The notes beneath the pieces are model-generated. The model was not told where the DNA came from and searched no databases. It was given only the letters and a program-made list of their open reading frames with translations. From assembly GCA_963799775.1 (NCBI GenBank), contig CAWCYD010000003.1, positions 768,001 through 832,000 of the forward strand: a stretch of 64,000 nucleotides of DNA, read 5' to 3'. The position numbers and the translations under genes were made by a program. This document shows, in pieces, positions 1 through 9,843 of this stretch. Every line of letters starts with the position of its first letter. Position 1 is the stretch's first letter. Source of the DNA: an uncultured archaeon. Its GTDB lineage: Archaea; Thermoproteota; Nitrososphaeria; Nitrososphaerales; Gagatemarchaeaceae.

Positions 1-64
1 GGATTTGAACCCAGGTCGCTACCTCGAGAGGGTAACATGCTTGACCGGACTACACTACCGGGGC
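1..64 (-). tRNA. tRNA-Glu(CUC), 3' end cut by the window edge
   Basis: Reverse complement GCCCCGG-TA-GTGTAGTCCGGTCAAGCAT-G-TTACC-CTCTCGA-GGTAG-CGAC-CTGGGTTCAAATCC; anticodon CTC. Confidence 0.93.
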
Positions 65-109
65 CCATGCAAGCGCCCCCATTGAAACCTGATTAAAAGC
101 TGGTTTATG

Positions 110-334
110 CTACTGGGTCTTGAGGACGGCCTTGGCCGCGAGCTTTACGTCCGAGGGCTTTACCGTCTTCCTCCCTGCGTGCTTCGCGAACTCCGTCGCC
201 TGCCGGGCGATCTGGAGGCCGACGTCTTCTAAGACCACCCGAAGTTCGATCGCGGCGTCGTCGCCGACGCGCTCGGCTCCGGCCTTCTTGATGAGCCGGT
301 ATACAGCTGCCAGACCGAACTCAGACTCGGACAT
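110..334 (-). CDS. Archaeal histone (HMf-like)
   Basis: 74 aa with [11 protein letters not shown]...[11 protein letters not shown] histone-fold motifs. Confidence 0.95.
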   Translation of the reverse strand: MSESEFGLAAVYRLIKKAGAERVGDDAAIELRVVLEDVGLQIARQATEFAKHAGRKTVKPSDVKLAAKAVLKTQ

Positions 335-495
335 GCTGACTATTTCGAGTGATGCGCGGTTAATTATTAAACGTTTGGGCTAAAATGTTTGCAACTTGGC
401 TCTGTTCGCACTCTGTCGCGGTCTTCTTGCTGATTCGAAGCGTGGCGGCAGCAGAACGCGACTTTGGAGCCTAATACCACGAAATCGACCTTACA

Positions 496-1285
496 ATGGA
501 TATATCAGGCCTATGCGCCGTCTTAGGATGGTCTTCCGTGCCTAGCCTTTGGGATGTCCACGTCCACCTGCCTGCGTACCCGGATTGGCAGCCCGTGGTA
601 AAGGACGCGTTGGAGAGGGATCTGGGGCTGGTCTCTGTCACCACGGCTCCGGACGAGTTCGCCTCCAGTCTGCTGATGCGGGAGTCCTACCCCTCCAACG
701 TGAGGGCCTTCGTGGGTGTTCACCCCTCCGAGGCGACCAAGACAAGCCCCGGCAGTCTGGAGTCCCTCGCGCGGTTTTGGGAGTCTGCCGACGGTGTTGG
801 AGAGGTGGGCTTGGACCCAAAGTACTCGGAGGTCTCGGAGCGGAGCACCCAGACGGTGCTCTTCCGCGCTCAGCTCGGGGTGGCGGCGAGGCTCGGCAAG
901 CCGCTCCAAGTGCACTCCAGGGGGGCGGAGGTCGAGTGCCTGGACGTCATCGGCGGCTACTCGCTCGGGCCGGTTCTGATGCACTGGTTCGAGAAGGAGG
1001 AGCTCCTCGACAGGCGTCCTCTCGCGGGAGGATACGTTCGTCTCGTTCGGTCCGGCCTTGCTCTACTCGAAGAAGCTGCGCAGGATGGCGGCCAGGTGCC
1101 GCACCGACGCGGTGCTTGTCGAGAGCGACGGCCCCGTCTCGTTCGGCGCCCTCGAAGGGGCGATGGGGCCCGGGATGATCCCAAGCGTGGCCCTCAAGCT
1201 GGCCGAACTATGGGGAGAAGGCTTCGAGGCGGCGGTCGAACAGCTCTCCCTCAACGCCAAGGCGTTCCTGGGGCAGCAAGGTTAA
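496..1285 (+). CDS. tatD: TatD family nuclease, frameshifted near 1040
   Basis: DVHVHL, GVHP, GEVGLD, VHSR, MHWF in ORF 496; LVESDGP continues in ORF 1058..1285; true start probably GTG 538. Confidence 0.85.
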
Positions 1286-1315
1286 TCTCCCCCCTCGCGA
1301 GGGCTGCCTCGTTAA

Positions 1316-1576
1316 ATGGACAGGGTTCGCAGGCTTTCTCAGGAGATTCTCCAAAAGTATCCAGGCATGTTCGGGAGTGACTACACCGCGAACAAGGCGC
1401 AGCTGGCGAAGATTGCCACCGTCCACTCGAAGATGATAAGGAACAAGCTCGTAGGCAAGATAACAAAGGCGATGATCAGAGCGAGCGCAGAGAGCGAGCA
1501 GAAAGCAGCGGCTGCAGCGGCAGAGGTCCCCGGGCAGGCTGCCGAGGCTACCGAGCCTGCCGTCGAAGCTGCCTAG
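1316..1576 (+). CDS. rps17e: 30S ribosomal protein S17e
   Basis: MDRVRRLS...KYP..F..DY..NK...SK.IRNKLVG.IT pattern. Confidence 0.92.
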   Translation: MDRVRRLSQEILQKYPGMFGSDYTANKAQLAKIATVHSKMIRNKLVGKITKAMIRASAESEQKAAAAAAEVPGQAAEATEPAVEAA

Positions 1577-1620
1577 TCCAGCCTCGGACAAGAAACGATA
1601 AAACGGCTCCCCCGTGGTTC

Positions 1621-1902
1621 GTGCCCTGGTCCATGATCCGCGTGACCTTCATGGGGCACATCAAGGCCAGCATGGGCCGCGAGTGTATGGACATCGACAA
1701 GGCAGGGATGAGCGTCGAGGAGCTCTTCAGGTTCTTGCGGACTGAGAACCCCGCCGTGCAAGAGCAAAGGCACGGCTTCACGGAATACAACACGTTGGTG
1801 GTCGTGAACGACCAAGAGGCGCTCGCTGCCGCGTCCCGCAGGGACCTCAGGCTGAACGATGGTGACTCCGTCTTGCTTGTCCCGTTCTCCCATGGAGGAT
1901 GA
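1621..1902 (+). CDS. MoaD/ThiS/SAMP ubiquitin-like sulfur carrier
   Basis: Beta-grasp pattern VVVND...L.DGD.V...P, C-terminal GG. Confidence 0.88.
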   Translation: MPWSMIRVTFMGHIKASMGRECMDIDKAGMSVEELFRFLRTENPAVQEQRHGFTEYNTLVVVNDQEALAAASRRDLRLNDGDSVLLVPFSHGG

Positions 1903-2368
1903 GCTCCTGCGAGCCGCGGTGGTGAGGCCCTCATGCTCGTGCTGGGAGGTCAAGCTCCCGCCCGACGAGATCGAGCCCCTTCTCTTGAGGCTCAGGAAGA
2001 GGTTCCCGGGGTCGCTGATCCAGGTATTCGCCCACCTTGGAGCGCCGAACGCGAAGGCGGTCGAGTTGATCGCAGCCCAGACGCTGGCAGCGGAGGGGGC
2101 GGGCTCGACCCTAGCGGAGAAGCCTGAGGTCGACCTGCTGCTCCGGATCGCCTCGACCCGTCAGATAGGCGAGGCCTTCAAGCGCGCGGGATACAAGGGC
2201 GAGGGGAAGAGGCTCTTCATGGTGGTCGCCTCTCACGGAGCGGCCTCGAGGAAGCTGGAAGCCGAGTTGGCAAGGGACAAGCACTACGCCAAGACACCAG
2301 AGAGGGGGCTGACGGCAGAGGATCTGGACTGGGTGGAGAGAGCGGCTCTCCTCGCGGCAAGGCTCTAG
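1892..2368 (+). CDS. cgi121: KEOPS complex subunit Cgi121
   Basis: LA.KPEVDLLLRIASTRQI.EA...G motif and C-terminal ERAALL. Confidence 0.82.
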   Translation: MEDELLRAAVVRPSCSCWEVKLPPDEIEPLLLRLRKRFPGSLIQVFAHLGAPNAKAVELIAAQTLAAEGAGSTLAEKPEVDLLLRIASTRQIGEAFKRAGYKGEGKRLFMVVASHGAASRKLEAELARDKHYAKTPERGLTAEDLDWVERAALLAARL

Positions 2369-2877
2369 GAAGAGCGTTTCAGCTTTGTTATGCTGAGGAT
2401 CTCGTCGGGCTTTACCACGGACATCGCGGTGTACTCCCCGAGCACCTCCACCTGGAGCACCTTGTCCGGCGTGCCCAGGTTGACCTTGCGGTCGACCACG
2501 CTCGCTATCGTGTCGATGAGCTCCTTCCTGGAGACGGGCGAGTCCCTCTCGGTGATGTCGATCCTGAACGACTCGCCATGAAGGATCTGAGGCGCGAGCT
2601 GGGTCGCGGCATCCTTGATCTGCTCGAGGTTGCTGTCCACCACGAGGTCCACCGGGATCATCCTCTGGATGAAGTGGACCCTGAAAGGCTCCGACCTGAC
2701 GTACTCCCGCATGAAGGCGATGAAGTCCCTGGAGTTCTCTATCTCTATCTCCAGGATCCCGTCGAACCCGGCCTTCTCGATGTGGAGCTTGCGATGGCCG
2801 CGCTGCAGGGCGATCTCCTTGAACTCGGCAGACGCCTTCGCCTCGCTCCCCTTTTGGGAAGTGAGAAGCAGATTCAC
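2365..2877 (-). CDS. Stand-alone THUMP-domain RNA-binding protein
   Basis: ESFRIDITERDS...LID.IA..VDRKVNL..PDKVLQVEV. Confidence 0.85.
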   Translation of the reverse strand: MNLLLTSQKGSEAKASAEFKEIALQRGHRKLHIEKAGFDGILEIEIENSRDFIAFMREYVRSEPFRVHFIQRMIPVDLVVDSNLEQIKDAATQLAPQILHGESFRIDITERDSPVSRKELIDTIASVVDRKVNLGTPDKVLQVEVLGEYTAMSVVKPDEILSITKLKRSS

Positions 2878-3513
2878 GCCCTCAACTCACCCTCCTGAAT
2901 CCTGACCGAACCCTCCCTTAAAACCTCGACAGTCCGCGAAGAGACGCGGACGACGGTCGACTCCTTCCCCGCGAGCCTCCCGCCGTCGATCACGAGCTGG
3001 ATCTTCCCATCCATCGCCTCGATCACCTCTCCCGCCGTCCTGCAAGAAGGCCTTCCTGAGAGGTTCGCGCTCGTCCCGGTTATCGCCCCGCCCACCTCGG
3101 CCGCGAGCGAAGTGCATACCTCGCTGTCCGGGACCCTGACGCCGAGAAGGCCGCTGCCCTGGTCCAAGAGGCTGGACGGCATCCTGTCAGCGGATTGCTT
3201 CCTCAGAGGGGCGACTATGGTGAGCGCGCCTGGCCAACTGGGCCTCCGCCAACCTCCTCGCTGTGGGATTCAGCTCTACGATTCTCGCTGCGACCCCGAT
3301 GTCAGAGCACAGGACGGGGACCGGCTTTGAGCTCCTGCTCTTGGCCTCGAAGAGCGCCTGCACCGCCTTGTCGCTCCACGGGTCGCACGCTAGGCCGTAG
3401 ACCGTGTCTGTGGGGACGGCGACTATGCCGCCCGACCTGATGACATTCGCTGCCTCGCCGATGGCTCTCGGCCCGGCACGCATGCAGCTCAACGTCATGG
3501 TTTCGCCGGGCAT
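2874..3513 (-). CDS. tsaC: L-threonylcarbamoyladenylate synthase (YrdC/TsaC, no SUA5 domain), frameshifted
   Basis: PTDTVYGLAC, K.R...KP in ORF 3187..3513; GVRVP, TSANLSG, STVV, LREG in ORF 2874..3182. Confidence 0.88.
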
Positions 3514-3613
3514 CAGGGTCAGCGTTTAAGGTGTTTGGCGGAAGCTTCCAGCATCAGGTCTGGTCGCGCCACAGGCAATCCTTAAATCCCCAACCAAAAC
3601 CGCCGTGCGCGAA

Positions 3614-3700
3614 ATGTCTTCTGAGGATGGGGAGCTAGAGGAGATGGACGACGACCTGGACGACAACGGATGGGAGTCCGAGTCGGAAGACGAGTCCTGA
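3614..3700 (+). CDS. 28-aa hyper-acidic microprotein (not in ORF track)
   Basis: ATG 3614 to TGA 3700 encodes MSSEDGELEEMDDDLDDNGWESESEDES; TATA-like CTTAAAT at about 3581. Confidence 0.55.
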   Translation: MSSEDGELEEMDDDLDDNGWESESEDES

Positions 3701-3772
3701 GCGAGAGACAGTCTCGGACGTCCGTGACTCGGATTTATACCCACAGGGAACGGGGCCCACGGGCGTAAGCGG

Positions 3773-4447
3773 ATGCGCCCCCGTACCTTCATAGTGAACT
3801 TCAAGAACTACCCAGAGATACTTGGCGAGGGAGCCGTCAGGCTCGCAAAGGCGGCGGCTGGCCTGAGCTGGGAACTGGGGATAGACGTCGTCGTCGCCCC
3901 TCCGACCCCGATGCTGCACACGGTCGCCTCCACGGTCAAGATCCCTGTCTTTGCGCAAAAGGCGGACTTGGGAGAGCAGGGGAAGAGCACGGGCGCGACC
4001 ATACCAGAGTCGATCAAGGCGGCGGGGTGCGCGGGGTCCCTCATCAACCACAGCGAGTCGCGGCTCGACCTCGCCGTCGTCTCGATGACCGTAGAGAGGA
4101 TGAAGTCTCTCGGAATGAAGAGCTGCGTGTGTGCCGAGACCGCGCAGGAGGCGGTGAAGATCTCCGCGCTCGACCCCGAGTTCCTCGCGATAGAGCCTCC
4201 TGAGCTCATAGGGACGGGAAGGGCGGTGTCGAAGGCGAGGCCGGAGCTGCTGACGGAGACCGCGGACGCGGTCAAGGGAGCGGGATACAAGGGGAGTCTC
4301 CTCTGCGGGGCGGGGATAGTCTCCGGCGATGACGTCTCGGCGGCGATGAGGCTCGGGACGGAGGGCATCCTCGTGGCAAGCAGCGTAGTAAAGGCCCAGG
4401 ACTGGGCGGCGAAGCTCAGGGAACTGGGGACGGCCATGCACGTCTAG
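3773..4447 (+). CDS. tpiA: Triosephosphate isomerase, archaeal type
   Basis: VNFKNY, NHSE, AIEPPELIGTG, GAGI motifs. Confidence 0.96.
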   Translation: MRPRTFIVNFKNYPEILGEGAVRLAKAAAGLSWELGIDVVVAPPTPMLHTVASTVKIPVFAQKADLGEQGKSTGATIPESIKAAGCAGSLINHSESRLDLAVVSMTVERMKSLGMKSCVCAETAQEAVKISALDPEFLAIEPPELIGTGRAVSKARPELLTETADAVKGAGYKGSLLCGAGIVSGDDVSAAMRLGTEGILVASSVVKAQDWAAKLRELGTAMHV

Positions 4448-4515
4448 TTGCGCACCAGGTCCGGAAACCTGTAAATACGCTCGGGCAATCGAGCGAATCG
4501 AAGGGATAGGGGAGC

Positions 4516-5820
4516 TTGGCACGAAGACCCGACGCTTTCGCGAACGCGCTCGAGCAGCTGAGAATCGCAGCAGAGTACCTCAGTCTGGACGACGGGATCC
4601 ATCGCTGGCTGAGCGAACCAAAGAAGGTGATCAGGGTGACGTTCCCGGTCAAGATGGACAACGGGAAGACGAAGGTGTTCAAGGGATACAGGGTCCAATA
4701 CAACGATGCGAGAGGCCCTTTCAAGGGCGGCATCAGGTACCACCCGCAGGTCTCCCTCAACGAGGTGAAGGCCCTGGCGGCGTGGATGACCTGGAAGTGC
4801 AGCATCGCCGACATCCCCTTCGGCGGCGCGAAGGGAGGGGTTGTGTGCGACCCGAAGAAGATGTCTCAGGGAGAGCTCGAGAGACTGACGCGAAGGTACA
4901 CATCCGCACTAGGGGACGCGATAGGCCCCGACGTCGACATCCCGGCGCCGGACGTTTACACGAACGCCCAGACCATGGCATGGATCCTCGACACCTACAG
5001 CCAGATGAAGGGGAGGATGGTGCCCGCCGTCGTGACAGGAAAACCTGTCTCCGTCGGGGGATCGCTGGGGCGAGACGCTGCGACGGGCAGAGGGGCGGCC
5101 ATATGCACCCGAGAGGCCGCGAGAGTGAAAAAGATGACCCTGAAGGGCGCATCGTTCGCCGTCCAGGGATACGGCAACGTCGGGTCGAACTACGCTGTGA
5201 TATTGGAAGAGATGGTCGGGGCCAAGATGGTCGCCGCGAGCGACTCGAAGGGAGGGATCTACAACAAAAAAGGGATGGACGCGAAGGCGGTCCTAGCCCA
5301 CAAGGAGAAGACGGGCAGCGTCGTGGGCTTCCCAGGGTCCACAGAAATCACGAACGAGGAGCTCCTGGAGACGGAGTGCGACGTCCTGTGCCCGGGGGCC
5401 TTTGAGAACGTCATCACAGAAGAGATTGCGAAGCGCGTTCGCGCCAGGATGGTAATCGAGGCCGCCAACGGGCCGACCACGCCCGAGGCAGACAAGGTAC
5501 TCGAGAAGAAGAAGGTCTTCCTCGTCCCAGACATCCTCGCCAACTCCGGAGGCGTGATGGTGAGCTACCTGGAGTGGGTCCAGGACCTTCAGAGGCTGAG
5601 GTGGACAGAGAAGGAGGTCAACGACATGCTCGAGAGCAAGATGACGGCGGCTTTCGCGCAGGTCCAAAAGGAGGCGACGTCTCGCGGCGTGTCGATGAGG
5701 ACAGGGGCGCTGGTCTTGGGCGTCGGCAGGGTCGCCGAAGCCGTCAAGACCCTGGGCATCTGGCCCTGCGGCCCTGGCCAGTCTCTTCAGAGACCGGAGA
5801 ACGAGTTCGCTATCTCGTAG
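4516..5820 (+). CDS. gdhA: Glutamate dehydrogenase
   Basis: RGPFKGGIRYHP, GGAKGG, PAPDV, QGYGNVG, PDILANSGGV; natural end probably GIWP near 5770 with read-through from a probable 1-nt error. Confidence 0.95.
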   Translation: MARRPDAFANALEQLRIAAEYLSLDDGIHRWLSEPKKVIRVTFPVKMDNGKTKVFKGYRVQYNDARGPFKGGIRYHPQVSLNEVKALAAWMTWKCSIADIPFGGAKGGVVCDPKKMSQGELERLTRRYTSALGDAIGPDVDIPAPDVYTNAQTMAWILDTYSQMKGRMVPAVVTGKPVSVGGSLGRDAATGRGAAICTREAARVKKMTLKGASFAVQGYGNVGSNYAVILEEMVGAKMVAASDSKGGIYNKKGMDAKAVLAHKEKTGSVVGFPGSTEITNEELLETECDVLCPGAFENVITEEIAKRVRARMVIEAANGPTTPEADKVLEKKKVFLVPDILANSGGVMVSYLEWVQDLQRLRWTEKEVNDMLESKMTAAFAQVQKEATSRGVSMRTGALVLGVGRVAEAVKTLGIWPCGPGQSLQRPENEFAIS

Positions 5821-6812
5821 AGGTCTTCGTCGACGAGCTTCTGCGCGAGGGCGCCACCGATCTTGACGGGGACGACCTTGTTCCCCCTGAGGGCGACCAT
5901 CATACCGAAGCTCCGCTGCTTGACCATGTCGGCTGCCGCCACCCCGAACCTCGTGGCGAGGGCCCTGTCATAGGCGCTGGGGGCACCACCACGGACGACG
6001 TGGCCCAGCACCACTTCGCGAGTCTCGAGGCCAGTCCTCTTCTCTATCTCCTGCGCGATGAGCTGCCCCACCCCACCCAGGATGGGGTTGCCGAAGGCGT
6101 CGAGCGCGCCACCCTTCGTCACCTTGGTCCCTTTCGCCTTCGCACCCTCTGCGACCACCACCAGTGAGAACCTGTGGCCCTTCTTCCAGCGGGCCGTGAG
6201 GGTCTTGCAGACCTTGGCGATGTCGAAAGGCTTCTCGGGGATGAGGACGACGTGCGCGCCTGAGGCGATGCCTGCGTAGGCCGCGACCCAACCCGCGTCC
6301 CTTCCCATCACCTCGACCACTATCACCCTCTCGTGGGACATCCCCGTGGTCTTTACGCGGTCGATGCACTCCATCGCGACGTTGACCGCGGAGTCAAACC
6401 CGAAGGTAAAGTCGGTGCTGGATAGGTCGTTGTCCATCGTCTTCGGTACGCCTACGACGTCGATCCCCATCTTCGAGAGCTTGTACGCGACGCCAAGGGT
6501 GTCGTTGCCGCCGATTGCGACGAGGCAGTCGAGCCCGAGCTTCTTGATGCTCTGGACGACCTTCTCCGGTCCGCCGTCGATCTTGAACGGGTTCGTCCTC
6601 GACGTGAGGATGAACGTCCCGCCCACCCCGACGAGCTCGTCCACCTTGTCATAGCTCAGCTTGATCGCGGTCGGGCCCTCTGTCAGACCCTTCCACCCGC
6701 GCTCGATGCCTACAACCTCGAAACCGTAGGACTCTGCGCGCGCCACCAATCCGCGGATGGTCGCGTTGAGGCCCGCACAGTCGCCGCCGCCTGTCAAGAC
6801 TCCGATCTTCAT
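5787..6812 (-). CDS. pfp: PfkA-family 6-phosphofructokinase, PPi-type signature
   Basis: TGGGD, IGGNDT, PKTMDND, EVMGR, LGHVVRGG. Confidence 0.9.
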   Translation of the reverse strand: MKIGVLTGGGDCAGLNATIRGLVARAESYGFEVVGIERGWKGLTEGPTAIKLSYDKVDELVGVGGTFILTSRTNPFKIDGGPEKVVQSIKKLGLDCLVAIGGNDTLGVAYKLSKMGIDVVGVPKTMDNDLSSTDFTFGFDSAVNVAMECIDRVKTTGMSHERVIVVEVMGRDAGWVAAYAGIASGAHVVLIPEKPFDIAKVCKTLTARWKKGHRFSLVVVAEGAKAKGTKVTKGGALDAFGNPILGGVGQLIAQEIEKRTGLETREVVLGHVVRGGAPSAYDRALATRFGVAAADMVKQRSFGMMVALRGNKVVPVKIGGALAQKLVDEDLYEIANSFSGL

Positions 6813-6897
6813 GATTTTTCTTGCCGCCCGGAAGAGAGTGGTGGCGATATAATCTTAACATCCTTCGTTTGATTTATATGGACGGTCTCGGCCGCCG

Positions 6898-7698
6898 GTG
6901 ACAACAATGCCAGAAAGAAGAGATCTGGGCGCGCCGTTCCTGAAGAACGGACGATGCCTCATACTTGCGTATGACCAAGGGCTGGAGCACGGGCCGTCCG
7001 AGGACTTCAACGACCGCAACGTCGACCCCGGCTTCATCGTGGACACCGCGAACAAGGGCGGTTACACAGGGCTGGCACTCCAAAAGGGGACGGCCGAGAA
7101 GTACTACGACGGCAAGACGCCGCTGATACTGAAGCTGAACGGGAAGAGCGCCCTCACAAAGGCAGAGCCACTCTCAAGGCAGCATTGCTCGGTAAAGTAC
7201 GCTGAGCAGCTGGGCGCAAAGGGAGTCGGCTACACGATCTTCCTAGGGAGCGGGCACGAGGCGGAGATGATCCGCGAATGGGGTCACATCCAAGAAGAGG
7301 CCCACGAGAGGGGGATGGGAGCGATCCTTTGGGTGTACCCTAGAGGGACAGGCGTCCCGGCGGACACGAACCCAGACATCGTCGCGTACGCGGCCCGCGC
7401 GGGCCTCGAGTTCGGCGCAGACATTGTCAAGATAAAATACAGCGGCGACGCGAAGTCGTTCGCCTGGGCGGTGAAGGCAGCGGGAAAGGCCAAGGTAGTC
7501 ATGTCAGGCGGGCCAAAGACGCCCACCGATGAGGCGTTCGTGTCACAGGTCAGAGGAGTGATGGAGGCGGGAGGCGCAGGGCTCGCCGTGGGGAGGAACG
7601 TCTGGCAGCACCAAGACCCCCTCAAGATGTCTGAGCAGCTACGCAAGGTCATATTCGAGACAAAGGCGGTCCCGACGCTGACATCGGTCTCTCGCTGA
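6898..7698 (+). CDS. fba: Class I (DhnA-type) fructose-bisphosphate aldolase
   Basis: AYDQGLEHGP, YPRG, GADIVKIKY, SGGPK, AVGRNVWQ. Confidence 0.93.
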   Translation: MTTMPERRDLGAPFLKNGRCLILAYDQGLEHGPSEDFNDRNVDPGFIVDTANKGGYTGLALQKGTAEKYYDGKTPLILKLNGKSALTKAEPLSRQHCSVKYAEQLGAKGVGYTIFLGSGHEAEMIREWGHIQEEAHERGMGAILWVYPRGTGVPADTNPDIVAYAARAGLEFGADIVKIKYSGDAKSFAWAVKAAGKAKVVMSGGPKTPTDEAFVSQVRGVMEAGGAGLAVGRNVWQHQDPLKMSEQLRKVIFETKAVPTLTSVSR

Positions 7699-7789
7699 GA
7701 GACCCCGAGCGGCGCTTGGGTCGGCAGGCCTGGACGAGGAACAAAGGGTTAAGTGTGATAGGCCCTCGAGTCGACCAAAAGTCACCCCC

Positions 7790-8158
7790 TTGAAGATATT
7801 CATCATAGACATCGACGGGACGATCTGCGAGCACATCCGGAACGAGGAGGGGATCGAGAAGATGAGGGTCGCAAAGGCCTACGCGGACGTCATCAAGGAG
7901 ATCAACAAGTGGTACGACGAGGGGAACTTCATCTGCTTCTTCACGGCGCGGACGACGGAGCACGAGCAGGTGACCAGGGATTGGCTAAAGGCGCACGGGG
8001 TGCTCTATCACCAGCTCATAATGAACAAGCCCCGGAAGCTGCCTCCCTACACCGAGTACCACTTCATCGACGACGCGCACGTCAAGGCGACCACCTTCAA
8101 GGGGAAGATCACCCCGTTCGTGAGGAAGAAGGTGGAGATAGAGGTCTTCGAGGAATAG
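7790..8158 (+). CDS. Small capless HAD-superfamily phosphatase
   Basis: DIDGTI, FTAR, KP, FIDD motifs. Confidence 0.8.
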   Translation: MKIFIIDIDGTICEHIRNEEGIEKMRVAKAYADVIKEINKWYDEGNFICFFTARTTEHEQVTRDWLKAHGVLYHQLIMNKPRKLPPYTEYHFIDDAHVKATTFKGKITPFVRKKVEIEVFEE

Positions 8159-8218
8159 GAAAGCTGCCCCTCGTCATCCGGAGAGCGTTTATTAGTCAAA
8201 TGGCGAAAGCCGCAAGGC

Positions 8219-8527
8219 GTGTCCCTCCCTAAGCTCCAGACAAGCCTCGAGAAGCTAGAAGCACAGCTCGCAGAGATACACGCAGAGATGAAGAAGATCG
8301 GCGAGCAGATCCGCGCCAACAGGGGAGAGGCCAACACGAAACACGAGTCCTCGGTTCAGGACCAGCAGGCCAAGCACACGGCGGTGAGGAGCGACCTCAG
8401 CTCGATGAGGACAGACCTGAACTCGATGAGGACCGACGTCTCCGTGAAGATGAACTCTCTCGAGAAGAGGTTGATGGGCTTGGAAGAGAACCTGAAGAGC
8501 CTCGAGAAGAGCCTCAGGGAAGCCTAG
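8219..8527 (+). CDS. Coiled-coil hypothetical protein
   Basis: Heptad pattern throughout; RSDLSSM-RTDLNSM-RTDVS internal repeat. Confidence 0.7.
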   Translation: MSLPKLQTSLEKLEAQLAEIHAEMKKIGEQIRANRGEANTKHESSVQDQQAKHTAVRSDLSSMRTDLNSMRTDVSVKMNSLEKRLMGLEENLKSLEKSLREA

Positions 8528-8564
8528 CGCCCGAGCCGTCCTCAGGGCGAAGGATTCGGTCTAG

Positions 8565-8831
8565 TCAGGTTCCGACGTAGGTCCATCGCGCCTCAACGGG
8601 TGTTAGGCACTCTACGGCGACGAAGCCGCATCCCAGGCAGATTGCCAGCACCTTGGGCACAAGAGAGAGGTTTTTCACGTAGTCCCAATCGAGTTCTCCG
8701 AGGTCGTCCGGGACTATCACCGGGGGGTTCTCCAGGAAATCGAGCCCGGTGCCGCAGTTCGGGCACCGCTTCCCGATGAGTGCGAGGGTCGAGCTAGGCT
8801 TGCTCCTCCCGACGGATTCCTCAGGGCCCAA
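8565..8831 (-). CDS. Small zinc-ribbon protein
   Basis: CPNCG ... CLGCG pair. Confidence 0.6.
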   Translation of the reverse strand: MGPEESVGRSKPSSTLALIGKRCPNCGTGLDFLENPPVIVPDDLGELDWDYVKNLSLVPKVLAICLGCGFVAVECLTPVEARWTYVGT

Positions 8832-8889
8832 TTCGCTTCGCGCGCCTGGAGGAAAAAATGTGCGATTGAGATAAAAGACTTGCGCAGGT

Positions 8890-9729
8890 CTACTTGCTGA
8901 GGAGTCTCCACGACATCACGATCCCCACCACCGAGAAGAAGAGCGCGAACCCGATGGCGACGGAGAAGTCGACCCATAGCGCGTACGATCCGGTCGCCCC
9001 TATCAGGAGCTGGCGTATCGCATCGATGCAGTAGCTTATGGGGTTGACCTTCACGACGTCCTGCAGCCAACCGGGCATGATCTTCACCGGGAAGAGGGCG
9101 TTGCTCGCGAAGAGCAGAGGGAGGTTGAGGAGGTTGATTATCGCCATCTGGGTCTGCCAGTTGCTAGACCTAAGCGAGAGCATCACGAAGAGGCCGGAGA
9201 GGCCCATGGCGACCATGAAGATGATGACGAAGGTGCCGGCGACCCCGAGGACGCTTAGGCTGCCGGTCGACATCCCGAGGGCGATGCCGATGAACAGCAC
9301 CACCACGGCTTGGATCAGCGACCTTCCGACGCTCTGGAGGATCTTGGCCATCACGATGGTCCCTCGGCTGACCGGGGTGCTCAGCGCCTTGTTCATGAAC
9401 CCGAACCTCCTGTCCCAGACGACGGACATGCCGCTGAAAGCCGAGTTGAAGACCACGATGAAGACCAGCATGCCGCAGACCAGGTACGAGAAGTAGCTCG
9501 TCGTGCCGAAGAAGCCCAGCATTATCGCGTTTGCGTTGACTCCGGGGGGAGCGCCCGCGGTGATGAAGGAGCTGAAGTTGAGGGCCTTGCCAAAGAGCCC
9601 CATCCAGATCACGGGCTGGATGAGGGAGATGAGCAGCTGGTAGGGGTTCGTGTACCACTTCCTCAGGTCCCGCTTTGTTAGGGCCCAGAGCCCGTGCGTC
9701 GGGCTCTTGTTGATCTTGGGGGTCGGCAT
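8890..9729 (-). CDS. ABC-2 exporter permease (DrrB-like)
   Basis: Six hydrophobic segments, DRRFGFM..LSTPVSR, NPISY; start taken at MPTPK. Confidence 0.88.
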   Translation of the reverse strand: MPTPKINKSPTHGLWALTKRDLRKWYTNPYQLLISLIQPVIWMGLFGKALNFSSFITAGAPPGVNANAIMLGFFGTTSYFSYLVCGMLVFIVVFNSAFSGMSVVWDRRFGFMNKALSTPVSRGTIVMAKILQSVGRSLIQAVVVLFIGIALGMSTGSLSVLGVAGTFVIIFMVAMGLSGLFVMLSLRSSNWQTQMAIINLLNLPLLFASNALFPVKIMPGWLQDVVKVNPISYCIDAIRQLLIGATGSYALWVDFSVAIGFALFFSVVGIVMSWRLLSK

Positions 9730-9843
9730 CACGGCCGTACCCTCGGTCCCCGCCGAAGAGGAGGGCCTTGCAGCTTCGAGTCCTGCGCCGTGGCCCCGCT
9801 GATCTCGGTCTTCTCGCGCTCTACCAAAGATCAATCTCCCCGA

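Noticed and set aside
5760-5820. gdhA C-terminal extension overlapping pfp
   Set aside because: TGG CCC TGC after GIW is most simply a damaged TGA stop.
8390-8440. 21-nt tandem repeat CTCGATGAGGAC
   Set aside because: It encodes coiled-coil heptads; there are no spacers, so it is not CRISPR.
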